Positions 8,329 to 16,410 of a DNA stretch of 32,000 nucleotides are shown piece after piece. The position numbers and the translations under genes are program-made. The notes under the pieces were generated by a model. That model saw only the letters and a list, made by a program, of their open reading frames with translations. It did not search any database and was not told where the DNA came from. The first letter of the stretch is position 1. Every line of letters begins with the position of its first letter. Location of the stretch: positions 600,001 to 632,000 of the forward strand of contig NZ_CP019633.1 in the NCBI RefSeq assembly GCF_001997385.1. The letters are read 5' to 3'. The DNA comes from Sedimentisphaera cyanobacteriorum. GTDB lineage: Bacteria; Planctomycetota; Phycisphaerae; Sedimentisphaerales; Sedimentisphaeraceae.

Positions 8329-11300
8329 TTATTCTTCGCTTTTGATCAGAGTTATTGTGCGTTTGTCTGGATGTTTGAGCCAGCTGTCTATCTCTGAAAG
8401 CCTGTCATACTCAAACTTTCTTATAACAGCAGGCTTGGTTTCCAGAGAATAGCTAATCGTAATCATTCCGCCTCTTTGCGAGCATTCGATTTCTATAACT
8501 CCCGCATCTGCCGGCAGAACCCTTTTCTCCGATTTCGGCATCATCAAAACTTCCATATTTTCAGGTATGGCAGTATTAACCGTAATCTCAGCCTTGCTGT
8601 ATCCGGACATATAATAAGGATTTTCCCGAACATCTTCGCTTATCCCGATGCTTCCAGGATTTGCCGGCACGGTGAAATACATCAGACGACCTTCTTTAAC
8701 AGCATATTTTGGGATATCCAGTTCATACTGCTTAAGACCCGGGTAAGCGGAAAAATCGGTTACAAGCTCACTTTCTGCTTCAGCAAACTGGGAGATATTT
8801 GAAACGAGCTTTTCATAATATCTTCTTCGCTCTTCCGGGGTTGCCTCAGAGAAGTATTTGTTTGATTCGCCGAAATTTGTTCCCCATATCCTGCTTTCAT
8901 GGAGCATTTCTGCTTTTCCTTCGGCTGTGATTTCCAGCTCTATTAACGAATCAGCCCTGTTAGTGTACTCCTCAGGCAGGTCGATTCTCAAAAGTCGCCG
9001 TGTTTCTGTATTTATAGAAAGCCTGCGGTTTCTGTATGAAGTGCCAAGCTCGGCGTATTGAGTCGTATCACCGATATAGAAAACGCCTTTGTCAGTGAGA
9101 GTTTTGACAAGCGGAAAACCCCAAAGAGACGGAGAAACAGTATTTTTCATAAGCTCCTCAAACTCATCGAGCCTGCCGCAGTTGGCGGGAAGAATAATCT
9201 CATTTTCAATTCCGGAAAGTTCAAGCAGTTTGGAAGTTAGTATTGCCTTGTCGAGCCTGTTGCCATAGCCGTTTTCAAGCGTTTGCGTGCAGGTGAAGTG
9301 CTTCCCAAGCGGTATACGATTGTATGAAGGTCCTGCTGTCCTGATATTCCGCGCTGCAAAATCTCTTATTGCGGTTATAATCTCTTTTTCACTTTTAGCG
9401 CCTTTGGTAATCTCTTTTGCTTTTTCTGACACCCTCTCTTCCTGAGAGGCCACCCTCGAAGCAGCTGCAATACTTACCATATCCGCATATTCTCCTATTT
9501 GCCCTGTACTTACCCTCAAAAAGGGCGTATAAGCGTATTTGGGCGGCAGTGAGCTTTCGGCTTTCAGTGCGGGTATGTCTTCAGCCGTCCATACGTAGGT
9601 CTTTATACCTGCGTTTTCGCTGCTTTTGCGTTCGATGATCCCAGCCCCGCTTACAGTGCCCGGGTTGAGTATGCCGTTATCATCGCAAACTATCTGAGTT
9701 TCTATATTTGAAGGTATGTTCAGTTTTACAGTCATTCGGCGATGCGGTTCATACCCTTGGAAAGTCCTGTACATTGAAAAATAGGGGCGGTTTTTGAGCG
9801 TCCTTTTAACGCTGTATTCTATCACGCTCCCGGCTTCTACGCCCGGCAGCGATGCAACGAGGGTCTTGCCCTCAGGATACTGAGGAGCAGAGGCAACCCA
9901 GCCCGCATCCATCACGTTTTTCTCAACTTCGCTTATTTCCTTAACATTCCCGTCGTTTATAACTCTTGCATAATTGAGCTCCAGCTCTTCCCAAACAGGC
10001 ACATAGCTGAATTTGAGCTCTGAGAAGTCCTTCTTGCCTTTGTAGCTGAGAATCTTTCTTCGTACTACAGTTTCAACAGTCCAGTTATGCTCGTCTTTGA
10101 GATTGTATTCAACGTCTTTGGAGAGAAGCTCGGAATCCTGTTCTTTTTTCTGCGTGTCTTCTAAAACTATTTTTTTTCTTGAATTGTATTCTATCTCTTT
10201 GAGGTTTTCCTTGAGCTTGAGATACTGCTCAGGCGAGAACAAAACTTCTTTAAATTTTATCTCCCTGTTAATATTAACGCCGCTGCCGGTTTTTTCGAAA
10301 TTGCTCGAATAAGACATATAGTCTTCATCTATCGCTGAGGTTTCAGGCGTTGAAAATATCTTCAATTCTTCTGCAATCCTGAGCTCCTTGCTTTCACTTA
10401 CGCCGCAGGTGATGCCTGTTTCAAGCGGAAATCTTCTTTCATCAAGACCGGTAGCCTGAAGAACAAAATTGGCAATTCCTGCTTTGGCTCCAATATTGTA
10501 TATGGGAAGAAGGGCTTTGCCTTTGCCGTTAATCAGAACGTTGTCCGCATGATACGAGATTTCAGCCCTGAGATTTTTAGAAGTGTCTTGAAGATTTTCC
10601 GGCTTCAGACTGTAGGAATCAAGCTCTCCGCCCGGGAGGAAGTTTTTAAGAAGCTTTTCGAAATAAGATTTCCTCTGCTCAGGCTTCTTCCTCAGAAATG
10701 CTCCGCGGTAGGCATTGTCGTTTATCCCTTCAAAAACCAGAGTGCTTTCTGCCTTGTAGCTGCCGTTTTTATCTATTTGGGCTTTGGTAATTATCTTCAG
10801 CATATTATTTTCTGCCGGCTCTACAGGTGATTCAAGCAGTGTTTCCCCGTATGGAGCTGCAACAATATAGCTGCAGTCGTTGAGGTAGGAGGGCATCAGC
10901 CTCTGGGTGCTTTCATCTGTTGAATCCATCAGCTTGTATGTCCCGTCTTCATTGCGGACGCAGGTTATAGCGTGATTGAAGTATGGCTGAGGAACTTCCT
11001 TGTCCTTTTTCGGGCCGCTGTGAATAAGCACCGGATAGCTCTCGAAGCCGGCAAGCCTCAGCATCGCCACCAGCAGGGCGGCTTTATCCCTGCATACTCC
11101 GTGCCGGTTTTCGAAGGTCAGGCTCACATCGTGGGGCTCGTTTCCGGGAGCCTCTTTCTCGATAGTGATTCCCATATAGCGAATCTCCTGAGAGACAAAC
11201 TTGAATATAGCTCGGATTTTCTCGTCCTCAGTTTCAAGTCCTTTGGTCAGCTCTTCAACCTTCTCCTCCATCTCAGGCGTGGTGTCAAAATGCGGCTTGG

Positions 11301-12099
11301 AAAGATCCCAATACCATTTGGAAACCTCTTCCCATTTGTCTATAGTGCTTACCAGCAGTCTCTGAACGCATGTCCAGTAGTCCGGCATACTGCTCTCAGG
11401 ATAGAATCTCGGAACATTTCTGGCCGTCCATTTATGCACGGTATGATTGCTTTTTTCTGTTTTTTCATAGCTTACGGTCTCGTCCACCTTGTCTTTCAGT
11501 GCTATGCTCTGGATTGGCAGTTCTTTCGAGGCATAAACTTCATACACCTCTTTAACAATCGGATACTTCGATTCAAATATAAAATAATTGCTCCATGTGT
11601 TTTTCATCCGCACCTTTGTGTAGCGGTCTGCAGCGATATAGTGTATCGTATCGCCCACCTCGAGCCCGGGCAGTGAAACAACAAGCAGTTTGCTGTTGGG
11701 GTTGTAGATGTTTGAGCTCATGCTGGAGTTGTCTGTCATCACCTTGCTGTTAGCTTCGGTATCTATCTCAACTGCGGTGCCGTCCGGCTTTATAAGCTCC
11801 ACAAGTTCAAGCTCGATTGTATCGTAAGGGCGGGTGAAGTGGAAGGTTATTGTCTGGTTGTTTCGTTTGCCCTTTTCCGTAAGAATCTTTTTGTAGTACT
11901 CCGAAATATCTACAGAAGTCCCGTCCGGGTTGTAGGTTGTCTTCGTATATCCGGAAACGAGAACTTCATCGGAATTCGGATATTTCTCCTTGTCTGCTTC
12001 TTTTGTTGCAGCCATCGCTTCAGGCCGGTATATAAGCACCTCTGAAAAACTTGAAGCGGCAATCGCAAGCAGTAAAAACAGCATAACTTTCTTGTGCAT
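8329..12099 (-). CDS. DUF3857 / transglutaminase-like domain-containing large secreted protein (internally duplicated)
   Basis: 1256-aa ORF with SD AAGGAGA 7 nt upstream and signal peptide MHKKVMLFLLLAIAASSFS. Transglutaminase-like Cys core HGVCRDKAALLVAMLRLAGFESYPVLI, with downstream FNHAITCV and LMDSTD (Cys-His-Asp pattern). DUF3857-like beta-rich regions appear twice. Confidence 0.8.
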   Translation of the reverse strand: MHKKVMLFLLLAIAASSFSEVLIYRPEAMAATKEADKEKYPNSDEVLVSGYTKTTYNPDGTSVDISEYYKKILTEKGKRNNQTITFHFTRPYDTIELELVELIKPDGTAVEIDTEANSKVMTDNSSMSSNIYNPNSKLLVVSLPGLEVGDTIHYIAADRYTKVRMKNTWSNYFIFESKYPIVKEVYEVYASKELPIQSIALKDKVDETVSYEKTEKSNHTVHKWTARNVPRFYPESSMPDYWTCVQRLLVSTIDKWEEVSKWYWDLSKPHFDTTPEMEEKVEELTKGLETEDEKIRAIFKFVSQEIRYMGITIEKEAPGNEPHDVSLTFENRHGVCRDKAALLVAMLRLAGFESYPVLIHSGPKKDKEVPQPYFNHAITCVRNEDGTYKLMDSTDESTQRLMPSYLNDCSYIVAAPYGETLLESPVEPAENNMLKIITKAQIDKNGSYKAESTLVFEGINDNAYRGAFLRKKPEQRKSYFEKLLKNFLPGGELDSYSLKPENLQDTSKNLRAEISYHADNVLINGKGKALLPIYNIGAKAGIANFVLQATGLDERRFPLETGITCGVSESKELRIAEELKIFSTPETSAIDEDYMSYSSNFEKTGSGVNINREIKFKEVLFSPEQYLKLKENLKEIEYNSRKKIVLEDTQKKEQDSELLSKDVEYNLKDEHNWTVETVVRRKILSYKGKKDFSELKFSYVPVWEELELNYARVINDGNVKEISEVEKNVMDAGWVASAPQYPEGKTLVASLPGVEAGSVIEYSVKRTLKNRPYFSMYRTFQGYEPHRRMTVKLNIPSNIETQIVCDDNGILNPGTVSGAGIIERKSSENAGIKTYVWTAEDIPALKAESSLPPKYAYTPFLRVSTGQIGEYADMVSIAAASRVASQEERVSEKAKEITKGAKSEKEIITAIRDFAARNIRTAGPSYNRIPLGKHFTCTQTLENGYGNRLDKAILTSKLLELSGIENEIILPANCGRLDEFEELMKNTVSPSLWGFPLVKTLTDKGVFYIGDTTQYAELGTSYRNRRLSINTETRRLLRIDLPEEYTNRADSLIELEITAEGKAEMLHESRIWGTNFGESNKYFSEATPEERRRYYEKLVSNISQFAEAESELVTDFSAYPGLKQYELDIPKYAVKEGRLMYFTVPANPGSIGISEDVRENPYYMSGYSKAEITVNTAIPENMEVLMMPKSEKRVLPADAGVIEIECSQRGGMITISYSLETKPAVIRKFEYDRLSEIDSWLKHPDKRTITLIKSEE

Positions 12100-12137
12100 T
12101 TGAAATCTCCTTATCTTTGAGCATCCAGCATAAATTA

Positions 12138-13061
12138 TTATGAGAAAAGAGCTTCTACAAACTCTTCGGGTTCGAATTCTGCAATGTCCTCCGGCTTTTC
12201 CCCAAGCCCTACGAATTTAACGGGGATATTCAGCTTGTCCTTGATTGCTATAACAATACCGCCTCTTGCGCTTCCGTCAAGCTTGGCCAGAAAAATCCCA
12301 GTTACATTAACAGCCTCGGTAAACTCTTTTGCCTGTGCGATAGCGTTTTGCCCGCTTGTTCCGTCCACAACAAGGATAACCTCGTGCGGTGAGCCGGGGA
12401 TTTTCTTGGATGTTACCGCTTTGATTTTTTCGAGCTCTTTCATAAGGTGCTTCTGGGTGTGAAGGCGTCCGGCCGTATCAACGATAAGATAATCCGCATC
12501 CCTTGCAATCGCCGCCTGGCAGGCATCGTATGCCACAGCAGCAGGGTCTGCTCCCTGTTTGTGTTTGATTATGTCAACCCCGATCCTCTCAGACCATACA
12601 GAAAGCTGCTCCACAGCCGCCGCCCTGAAGGTATCGCACGCTGCTACCACAACCTTGTTCCCGGCAGAGCTGAGATTGAAGCCGAGCTTTGCTATGCTTG
12701 TGGTTTTGCCCGACCCGTTCACGCCTGCTACCAGTATAACGGTTGGGCCTGAATCGGATTTGGCAAGCTCTCTGTCCCGCTGGGGCCAGTAGTTTTTAAT
12801 CTTTTCTTTAAGAAAAGGTACAATCTGCTCGCTCGTCTCAATTTCCTTGTTCTTATAAGACTCTCTGAGTTCTTCAATAAGCTTCATTGTGGTTTCATAC
12901 CCCAGATCATCGCTTATAAGCACTTCCTCGAGTTCGTCGAGAAGATCCTCGTCAATCTTTCGACCGAATGAAAGCACATCAGAAAGGGATTTGGTAATCT
13001 TGTTTCTGGTTTTCTCGAGTCTCTCTTTTATAAATCCTACAGTTTTGCTGAATAAACCCAT
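12138..13061 (-). CDS. ftsY: Signal recognition particle receptor FtsY (NG domain only, short form)
   Basis: 307 aa with SRP-GTPase motifs GVNGSGKTTSIAKLG (G1), DTAGRLH (G3), AKLDGSARGG (G4/5 region), and an N-domain helical bundle. Confidence 0.95.
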   Translation of the reverse strand: MGLFSKTVGFIKERLEKTRNKITKSLSDVLSFGRKIDEDLLDELEEVLISDDLGYETTMKLIEELRESYKNKEIETSEQIVPFLKEKIKNYWPQRDRELAKSDSGPTVILVAGVNGSGKTTSIAKLGFNLSSAGNKVVVAACDTFRAAAVEQLSVWSERIGVDIIKHKQGADPAAVAYDACQAAIARDADYLIVDTAGRLHTQKHLMKELEKIKAVTSKKIPGSPHEVILVVDGTSGQNAIAQAKEFTEAVNVTGIFLAKLDGSARGGIVIAIKDKLNIPVKFVGLGEKPEDIAEFEPEEFVEALFS

Positions 13062-13190
13062 AGCTATCCTAATAGTTTGAAATTTTAATTCTTAATCTTT
13101 TAGAAAAGAAAAATACAAAAAACGGGAGAAAATAAAATTAAAAATTTGCTCTTTGGGCGAAATTTTAAGGTAAAAAGCTTCTTTGAGGTT

Positions 13191-14480
13191 CTATGCTTTG
13201 GCTTGCGGAAGCTCTTTCCAGCAGGTGGTGTATCTCGGGCTTTTGCGGTTTGCGGCAGTTTTCCACGGCTTTTTAATCCCTGCAGCTGCCCATGTTATAC
13301 CTGCATCATTGATCTGGTTGATTTTATCTATCGTTTCCATTAATTTTTCTTTCTTCCTTTTGCTGGATGTGTCGAAGAGCCCGGGCCCAGAGCAGTTCAG
13401 CGGCATAAGGCCGGAAAGTATTACGCCTGCCTTTACGAATCTCTTTTCCTGCCTGAATATTTTTTCAGCGCAGATTTCAGCCTCTCTTATTATCTCCGAA
13501 GTTTCGAAGGTTGGGCTCGGCAAAATCCTAACCTCCTTCCCGAAGTATGCATTTCCGCTGAAACGGTTAGTATTTGCGAAAACGGTTAAAACCACCGCAC
13601 GGCTCTGCTGGTCTCTTAGCTTTTCGCACGCCCTTACCGCATAAAAGCTTACCGCCTCTTTCAGTTCTTTCAAACTGCTTACAGGCCTTCCGAAAGTCCT
13701 CGATACAGTTATTGCCTTCTTTGCAGGCGGGGCAAGCTCAAGCGAAAAGCACGGCTCCCCGCGAAGCTCACGCACGGTTCGTTCCATATTAACGCTGAAT
13801 CTTCTGCGTGCGGTTTCAGGCTTGATTCTGCTGAGCTGCCGGGCGTTTTCCGCCCCGATATTTCTTAGCTTAAGGCCAAGCCGCCTTCCAACTCCCCAAA
13901 TATCATCAATCATTACCCCTTCAAGAATTTGCTTTCTTTTATCAGATTCTTCGGGCAGGATAAACACCCCTTCAGAAGATTTTTTCGCTGTTCGCCCTGC
14001 GATTTTTGCAAGCGTTTTTGTTTCTGCTATGCCTATGGAAACAGGAATCCCTGTCCAGCTCAGAATAGTTTTCCGCAGCTTTCCCGCCCATACTTCCGGC
14101 TGTTCCTGCAGCCTGCGAAGACTCACAAACGCCTCATCAATAGAATAGACCTCGCATTCAGGACTGAACATTTCTATGATTTCCATTACCCTCTCAGACA
14201 TATCGGCATAAAGCGTGTAGTTCGAGGAGAAAACGCCTGCATTGTTCTCACGCAGAAGTTTTTTCGCCTTAAAGTAGGGCGTGCCCATTGCTATGCCCAG
14301 CGATTTTGCCTCATTCGAACGCGCTACGATGCAGCCGTCGTTGTTTGACAGCACAACCACAGGCCTTTTTCTCATATCCGGCCTGAATACCCTCTCGCAG
14401 GATACATAGAAATTGTTGCAGTCTATAATGGCAAAATAGCTGCCTAAAGCTTGTGTATTACGCTGGTTACCACTCCCCAT
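13191..14480 (-). CDS. umuC: Y-family translesion DNA polymerase V subunit UmuC
   Basis: 429 aa. FAIIDCNNFYVSCERVFRPDMRKRPVVVLSNNDGCIVARSNEAKSLGIAMG closely parallels the UmuC N-terminus. It overlaps the 3' end of umuD by 37 nt. Confidence 0.9.
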   Translation of the reverse strand: MGSGNQRNTQALGSYFAIIDCNNFYVSCERVFRPDMRKRPVVVLSNNDGCIVARSNEAKSLGIAMGTPYFKAKKLLRENNAGVFSSNYTLYADMSERVMEIIEMFSPECEVYSIDEAFVSLRRLQEQPEVWAGKLRKTILSWTGIPVSIGIAETKTLAKIAGRTAKKSSEGVFILPEESDKRKQILEGVMIDDIWGVGRRLGLKLRNIGAENARQLSRIKPETARRRFSVNMERTVRELRGEPCFSLELAPPAKKAITVSRTFGRPVSSLKELKEAVSFYAVRACEKLRDQQSRAVVLTVFANTNRFSGNAYFGKEVRILPSPTFETSEIIREAEICAEKIFRQEKRFVKAGVILSGLMPLNCSGPGLFDTSSKRKKEKLMETIDKINQINDAGITWAAAGIKKPWKTAANRKSPRYTTCWKELPQAKA

Positions 14481-14751
14481 ACCTCGAAATCCCTCTCCCC
14501 GCTTATTGTTTGAGATTCGTAGTCCTCGTTGTCCGGCTCGAGTATTACCTCGTTTTTCCTTATTCTGATCCGTTTTACTGTGAGCTCAGAATCAAGCGAC
14601 GCCACTACCACATTCCCGCTTTTCGGTTCAAGGCTTCTGTCAACGATGAGAAGATCGCCGCTGTGTATGCCTGAATCCTTCATAGAACTGCCCGAAACCC
14701 TCACGAAAAACGTGGCAGGGGGGTTCTTGATCAAATGCTTATTCAGATCTA

Positions 14752-14785
14752 GTGCCGTTTCTATTAAATAAGTTTCACTTTTGTT
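14752..14785. repeat. IS630-family terminal inverted repeat (transposase-distal end)
   Basis: gtgccgtttctattaaataagtttcacttttgtt versus the reverse complement of the other end, gtgccgtttccaaaaaataatttcaactttttatt. The first 10 nt are identical, with about 26 matches over ~33 positions allowing one indel. Confidence 0.8.
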
Positions 14786-15314
14786 GAGTATGTTTGTTAC
14801 GATATCTGACATATTTATTCAAGAAAGTTTTTAGTTCCTGATGACTTTGATAATCGGTTCCGCGAATCACGAATTCCTTGACATGAGTAAACTGGCATTC
14901 GATCGGATTGAGCCATGAAGCATTGGTTGGCGTCCAGATCAGGTGAATATTGTTCTTTCGGCAATACTGCAGAACTTTCTCCTTGCGGTGCGGCGAGAAG
15001 TTGTCCAAAATCAGATGAATTCGCTGCTCCCGCGGATATTTCTTCCGTAAAAGCTTTAGCACTTCCAGGAACTCCTGATGCCGCTTTCGGGGCCGCATAT
15101 AGCCCCACAGCTTCTTCTTGTGCACATCGTAAAAAGCCAGCCAGTGCCGCACGCCATGGGTTCGGGTATATGTGGCCGGCAGGCGTTTGGGATGGTCGGT
15201 TTCGCACCAGACCTGCCCCGGCTGAGGCCGGATTTCCAAAGGACCAAACTCGTCGTAGGAGATCGTGGGGCCGTTGGCGGCCGGCTGGTTTACAAACCGG
15301 CGAATCAGTTTTTT
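14775..15314 (-). CDS. IS630-family transposase, DDE catalytic part (orfB, in the -1 frame relative to orfA)
   Basis: The frame is open from just after a TAA at 15315-15317. DDE residues: AFYDVH, LILDNFSPH, WLNPIECQF, with 34 residues between the second Asp and the Glu. A -1 slip on the A8 run would give a ~341-aa fused transposase. Confidence 0.8.
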   Translation of the reverse strand, partial: KKLIRRFVNQPAANGPTISYDEFGPLEIRPQPGQVWCETDHPKRLPATYTRTHGVRHWLAFYDVHKKKLWGYMRPRKRHQEFLEVLKLLRKKYPREQRIHLILDNFSPHRKEKVLQYCRKNNIHLIWTPTNASWLNPIECQFTHVKEFVIRGTDYQSHQELKTFLNKYVRYRNKHTQQK

Positions 15315-15799
15315 TTAGACTTGAGCTTGGGATCGTTGCATTCTTTCCAGGTTTTGGTCCGTCGAAGCTTGACCTTTTTCTCATGCAGAATACCGCGAAG
15401 GGTTTCGATGCTGATCTTCGGGATAATCTTTTCGGTAAGCAGGTACTCTCGCAGCTTCTCCAGAGACCACCGCTTAAACGGGCAACCCAACAGGTCCGGC
15501 GGACACTTGGCCGTTTCTGCGATAAAGGCCTTGTCGTCCTCGGTGAATTCATTCGGTCGGCCCGGCCGGGGCTTGGGTTCCAAAGCCTGAAGACCCCGGT
15601 CGTTAAAATCTTTGATAATCGCTCGCACATGGTGCTCAGAATAATGCACCAGATCGGCAATGGCAGGCACTTTATAGCCCTGATTGGAGGCCAATACCAC
15701 TTGAGCCCGTCGGACTTTGACCCGGCTGGTACTGCGGCGGAGAATCCGCTGAATGTGTTCGCCTTCACTGATCCGGAGGTCTCGGGCATACAGACACAT
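15305..15799 (-). CDS. IS630-family transposase, N-terminal HTH/DNA-binding part (orfA)
   Basis: 164 aa. ARDLRISEGEHIQRILRRSTS..RRAQVVLASNQGYKVPAIADLV and KRWSLEKLREYL are typical IS630 paired HTH motifs. It ends in AAG TCT AAA AAA AAC TGA (A8 run). Confidence 0.85.
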   Translation of the reverse strand: MCLYARDLRISEGEHIQRILRRSTSRVKVRRAQVVLASNQGYKVPAIADLVHYSEHHVRAIIKDFNDRGLQALEPKPRPGRPNEFTEDDKAFIAETAKCPPDLLGCPFKRWSLEKLREYLLTEKIIPKISIETLRGILHEKKVKLRRTKTWKECNDPKLKSKKN

Positions 15800-15891
15800 A
15801 AGAAATCCCTTTCCATGCTAAACAACATCGAATTCTTTCTTCGTATCTGTCTATATAATACACAATTATGCATCGCGCAAGTCTTGAATAA

Positions 15892-15925
15892 ATAAAAAGT
15901 TGAAATTATTTTTTGGAAACGGCAC
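15892..15925. repeat. IS630-family terminal inverted repeat (transposase-proximal end)
   Basis: This is the partner of the repeat at 14752-14785; see the alignment given there. Confidence 0.8.
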
Positions 15926-16057
15926 TAGCTTTGATTCCTCGTAGTCTGATGCCGGCGAGGGGAACCCTGCAGGTACTGTTGAAATAAACAGAGGCCTGCC
16001 GAGACTGCTGCTCGTATCCGGTTTGTATATCTCTTCCACCTTAATCTTCATAGCAAT

Positions 16058-16086
16058 ATTATAGAAGTATGCAAATACAATATCAA
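16058..16086 (-). promoter_or_regulatory. Candidate umuD promoter (TTGATA-N17-TATAAT) with an embedded GTAT-N4-ATAC inverted repeat
   Basis: The minus strand reads TTGATA ttgtatttgcatacttc TATAAT attgct ATG. Only 6 nt separate the -10 from the start codon and there is no SD, so a leaderless transcript is possible. The short palindrome GTATTTGCATAC lies in the spacer. Confidence 0.35.
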
Positions 16087-16188
16087 CCCCGATTTTCAGC
16101 TCGCTGTGTAGTACGGGGGATGTTAAACATTGAGCCTGTCCGCCGCAGGCGGAAAACACACGAAGGGGATATGGTTTTGATTTATTTA

Positions 16189-16410
16189 TTATCCACAGAT
16201 GGCACGGATATTATGTTTTTTTTTATTAAGCCTGCCGCCATAGTGTATTGGAGCCAGGCCGTTGATGCAATGCACAAGCGTAGATTTTCCGCTGCCGGAA
16301 GGGCCGGTCAAAAGCACCAGCTTGCCCGGTGAAATATCCAGATTGATATTGCTTAAAGCAGGTTTCTCCTGCCGGGTATATGTAAATGTTAAGTCTTGTA
16401 TTTTCAGCAT
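16189..16410 (-). pseudogene. ABC transporter ATP-binding protein, N-terminal fragment only (Walker A retained, remainder missing)
   Basis: MLKIQDLTFTYTRQEKPALSNINLDISPGKLVLLTGPSGSGKSTLVHCINGLAPIHYGG resembles ECF/CbiO-type ATPase N-termini. Similarity stops near 16235, followed by unrelated residues and a stop. Q-loop, signature and Walker B are absent. Confidence 0.6.

Larger units (their letters stand above)
14752..15925 (-). mobile_element. IS630-family (Tc1/mariner superfamily) insertion sequence, 1174 bp
   Basis: CTAG is present at both junctions (14749-14752 and 15925-15928), meaning a TA duplication in a CTAG target. Imperfect terminal inverted repeats both start GTGCCGTTTC. It encodes an HTH ORF and a DD34E ORF. 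Confidence 0.9.
14444..16051 (-). pseudogene. umuD: umuD (S24 LexA-like peptidase) interrupted by an IS630-family insertion
   Basis: The N-terminal piece (16051->15926) encodes MKIKVEEIYKPDTSSSLGRPLFISTVPAGFPSPASDYEESKL. The C-terminal piece (14752->14444) encodes LDLNKHLIKNPPATFFVRVSGSSMKDSGIHSGDLLIVDRS...VKRI... Removing 14752-15925 plus one TA restores a continuous 143-aa UmuD. It would carry the AG cleavage site, the catalytic Ser (GSSM) and Lys (VKR). Confidence 0.9.

Noticed and set aside
10972-11676. 234-aa ORF on the + strand inside the DUF3857/transglutaminase gene
   Set aside because: It is antisense to a strongly supported 1256-aa ORF and has no SD or recognisable domain.
14815-15895. 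Long ORFs of 352 aa (-) and 326 aa (+) spanning the IS630 element
   Set aside because: They overlap the two transposase ORFs in other frames or on the other strand. They are Arg/Ser/Pro/Ala-rich with no recognisable motifs and cross the orfA/orfB junction. The transposase frames carry clear HTH and DD34E motifs, so these are frame shadows.
16067-16078. GTATGCAAATAC read as a LexA/SOS box
   Set aside because: It has only 4-bp arms and does not match the SOS-box consensus sequences I know. It is kept only as a low-confidence note within the promoter finding.
16052-16159. N-terminal extension of the umuD 5' fragment ORF (MFSACGGQAQCLTSPVLHSELKIGVDIVFAYFYNIA...)
   Set aside because: It has no UmuD similarity, it covers the predicted -35/-10 promoter, and the internal ATG at 16051 yields a protein colinear with E. 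coli UmuD.
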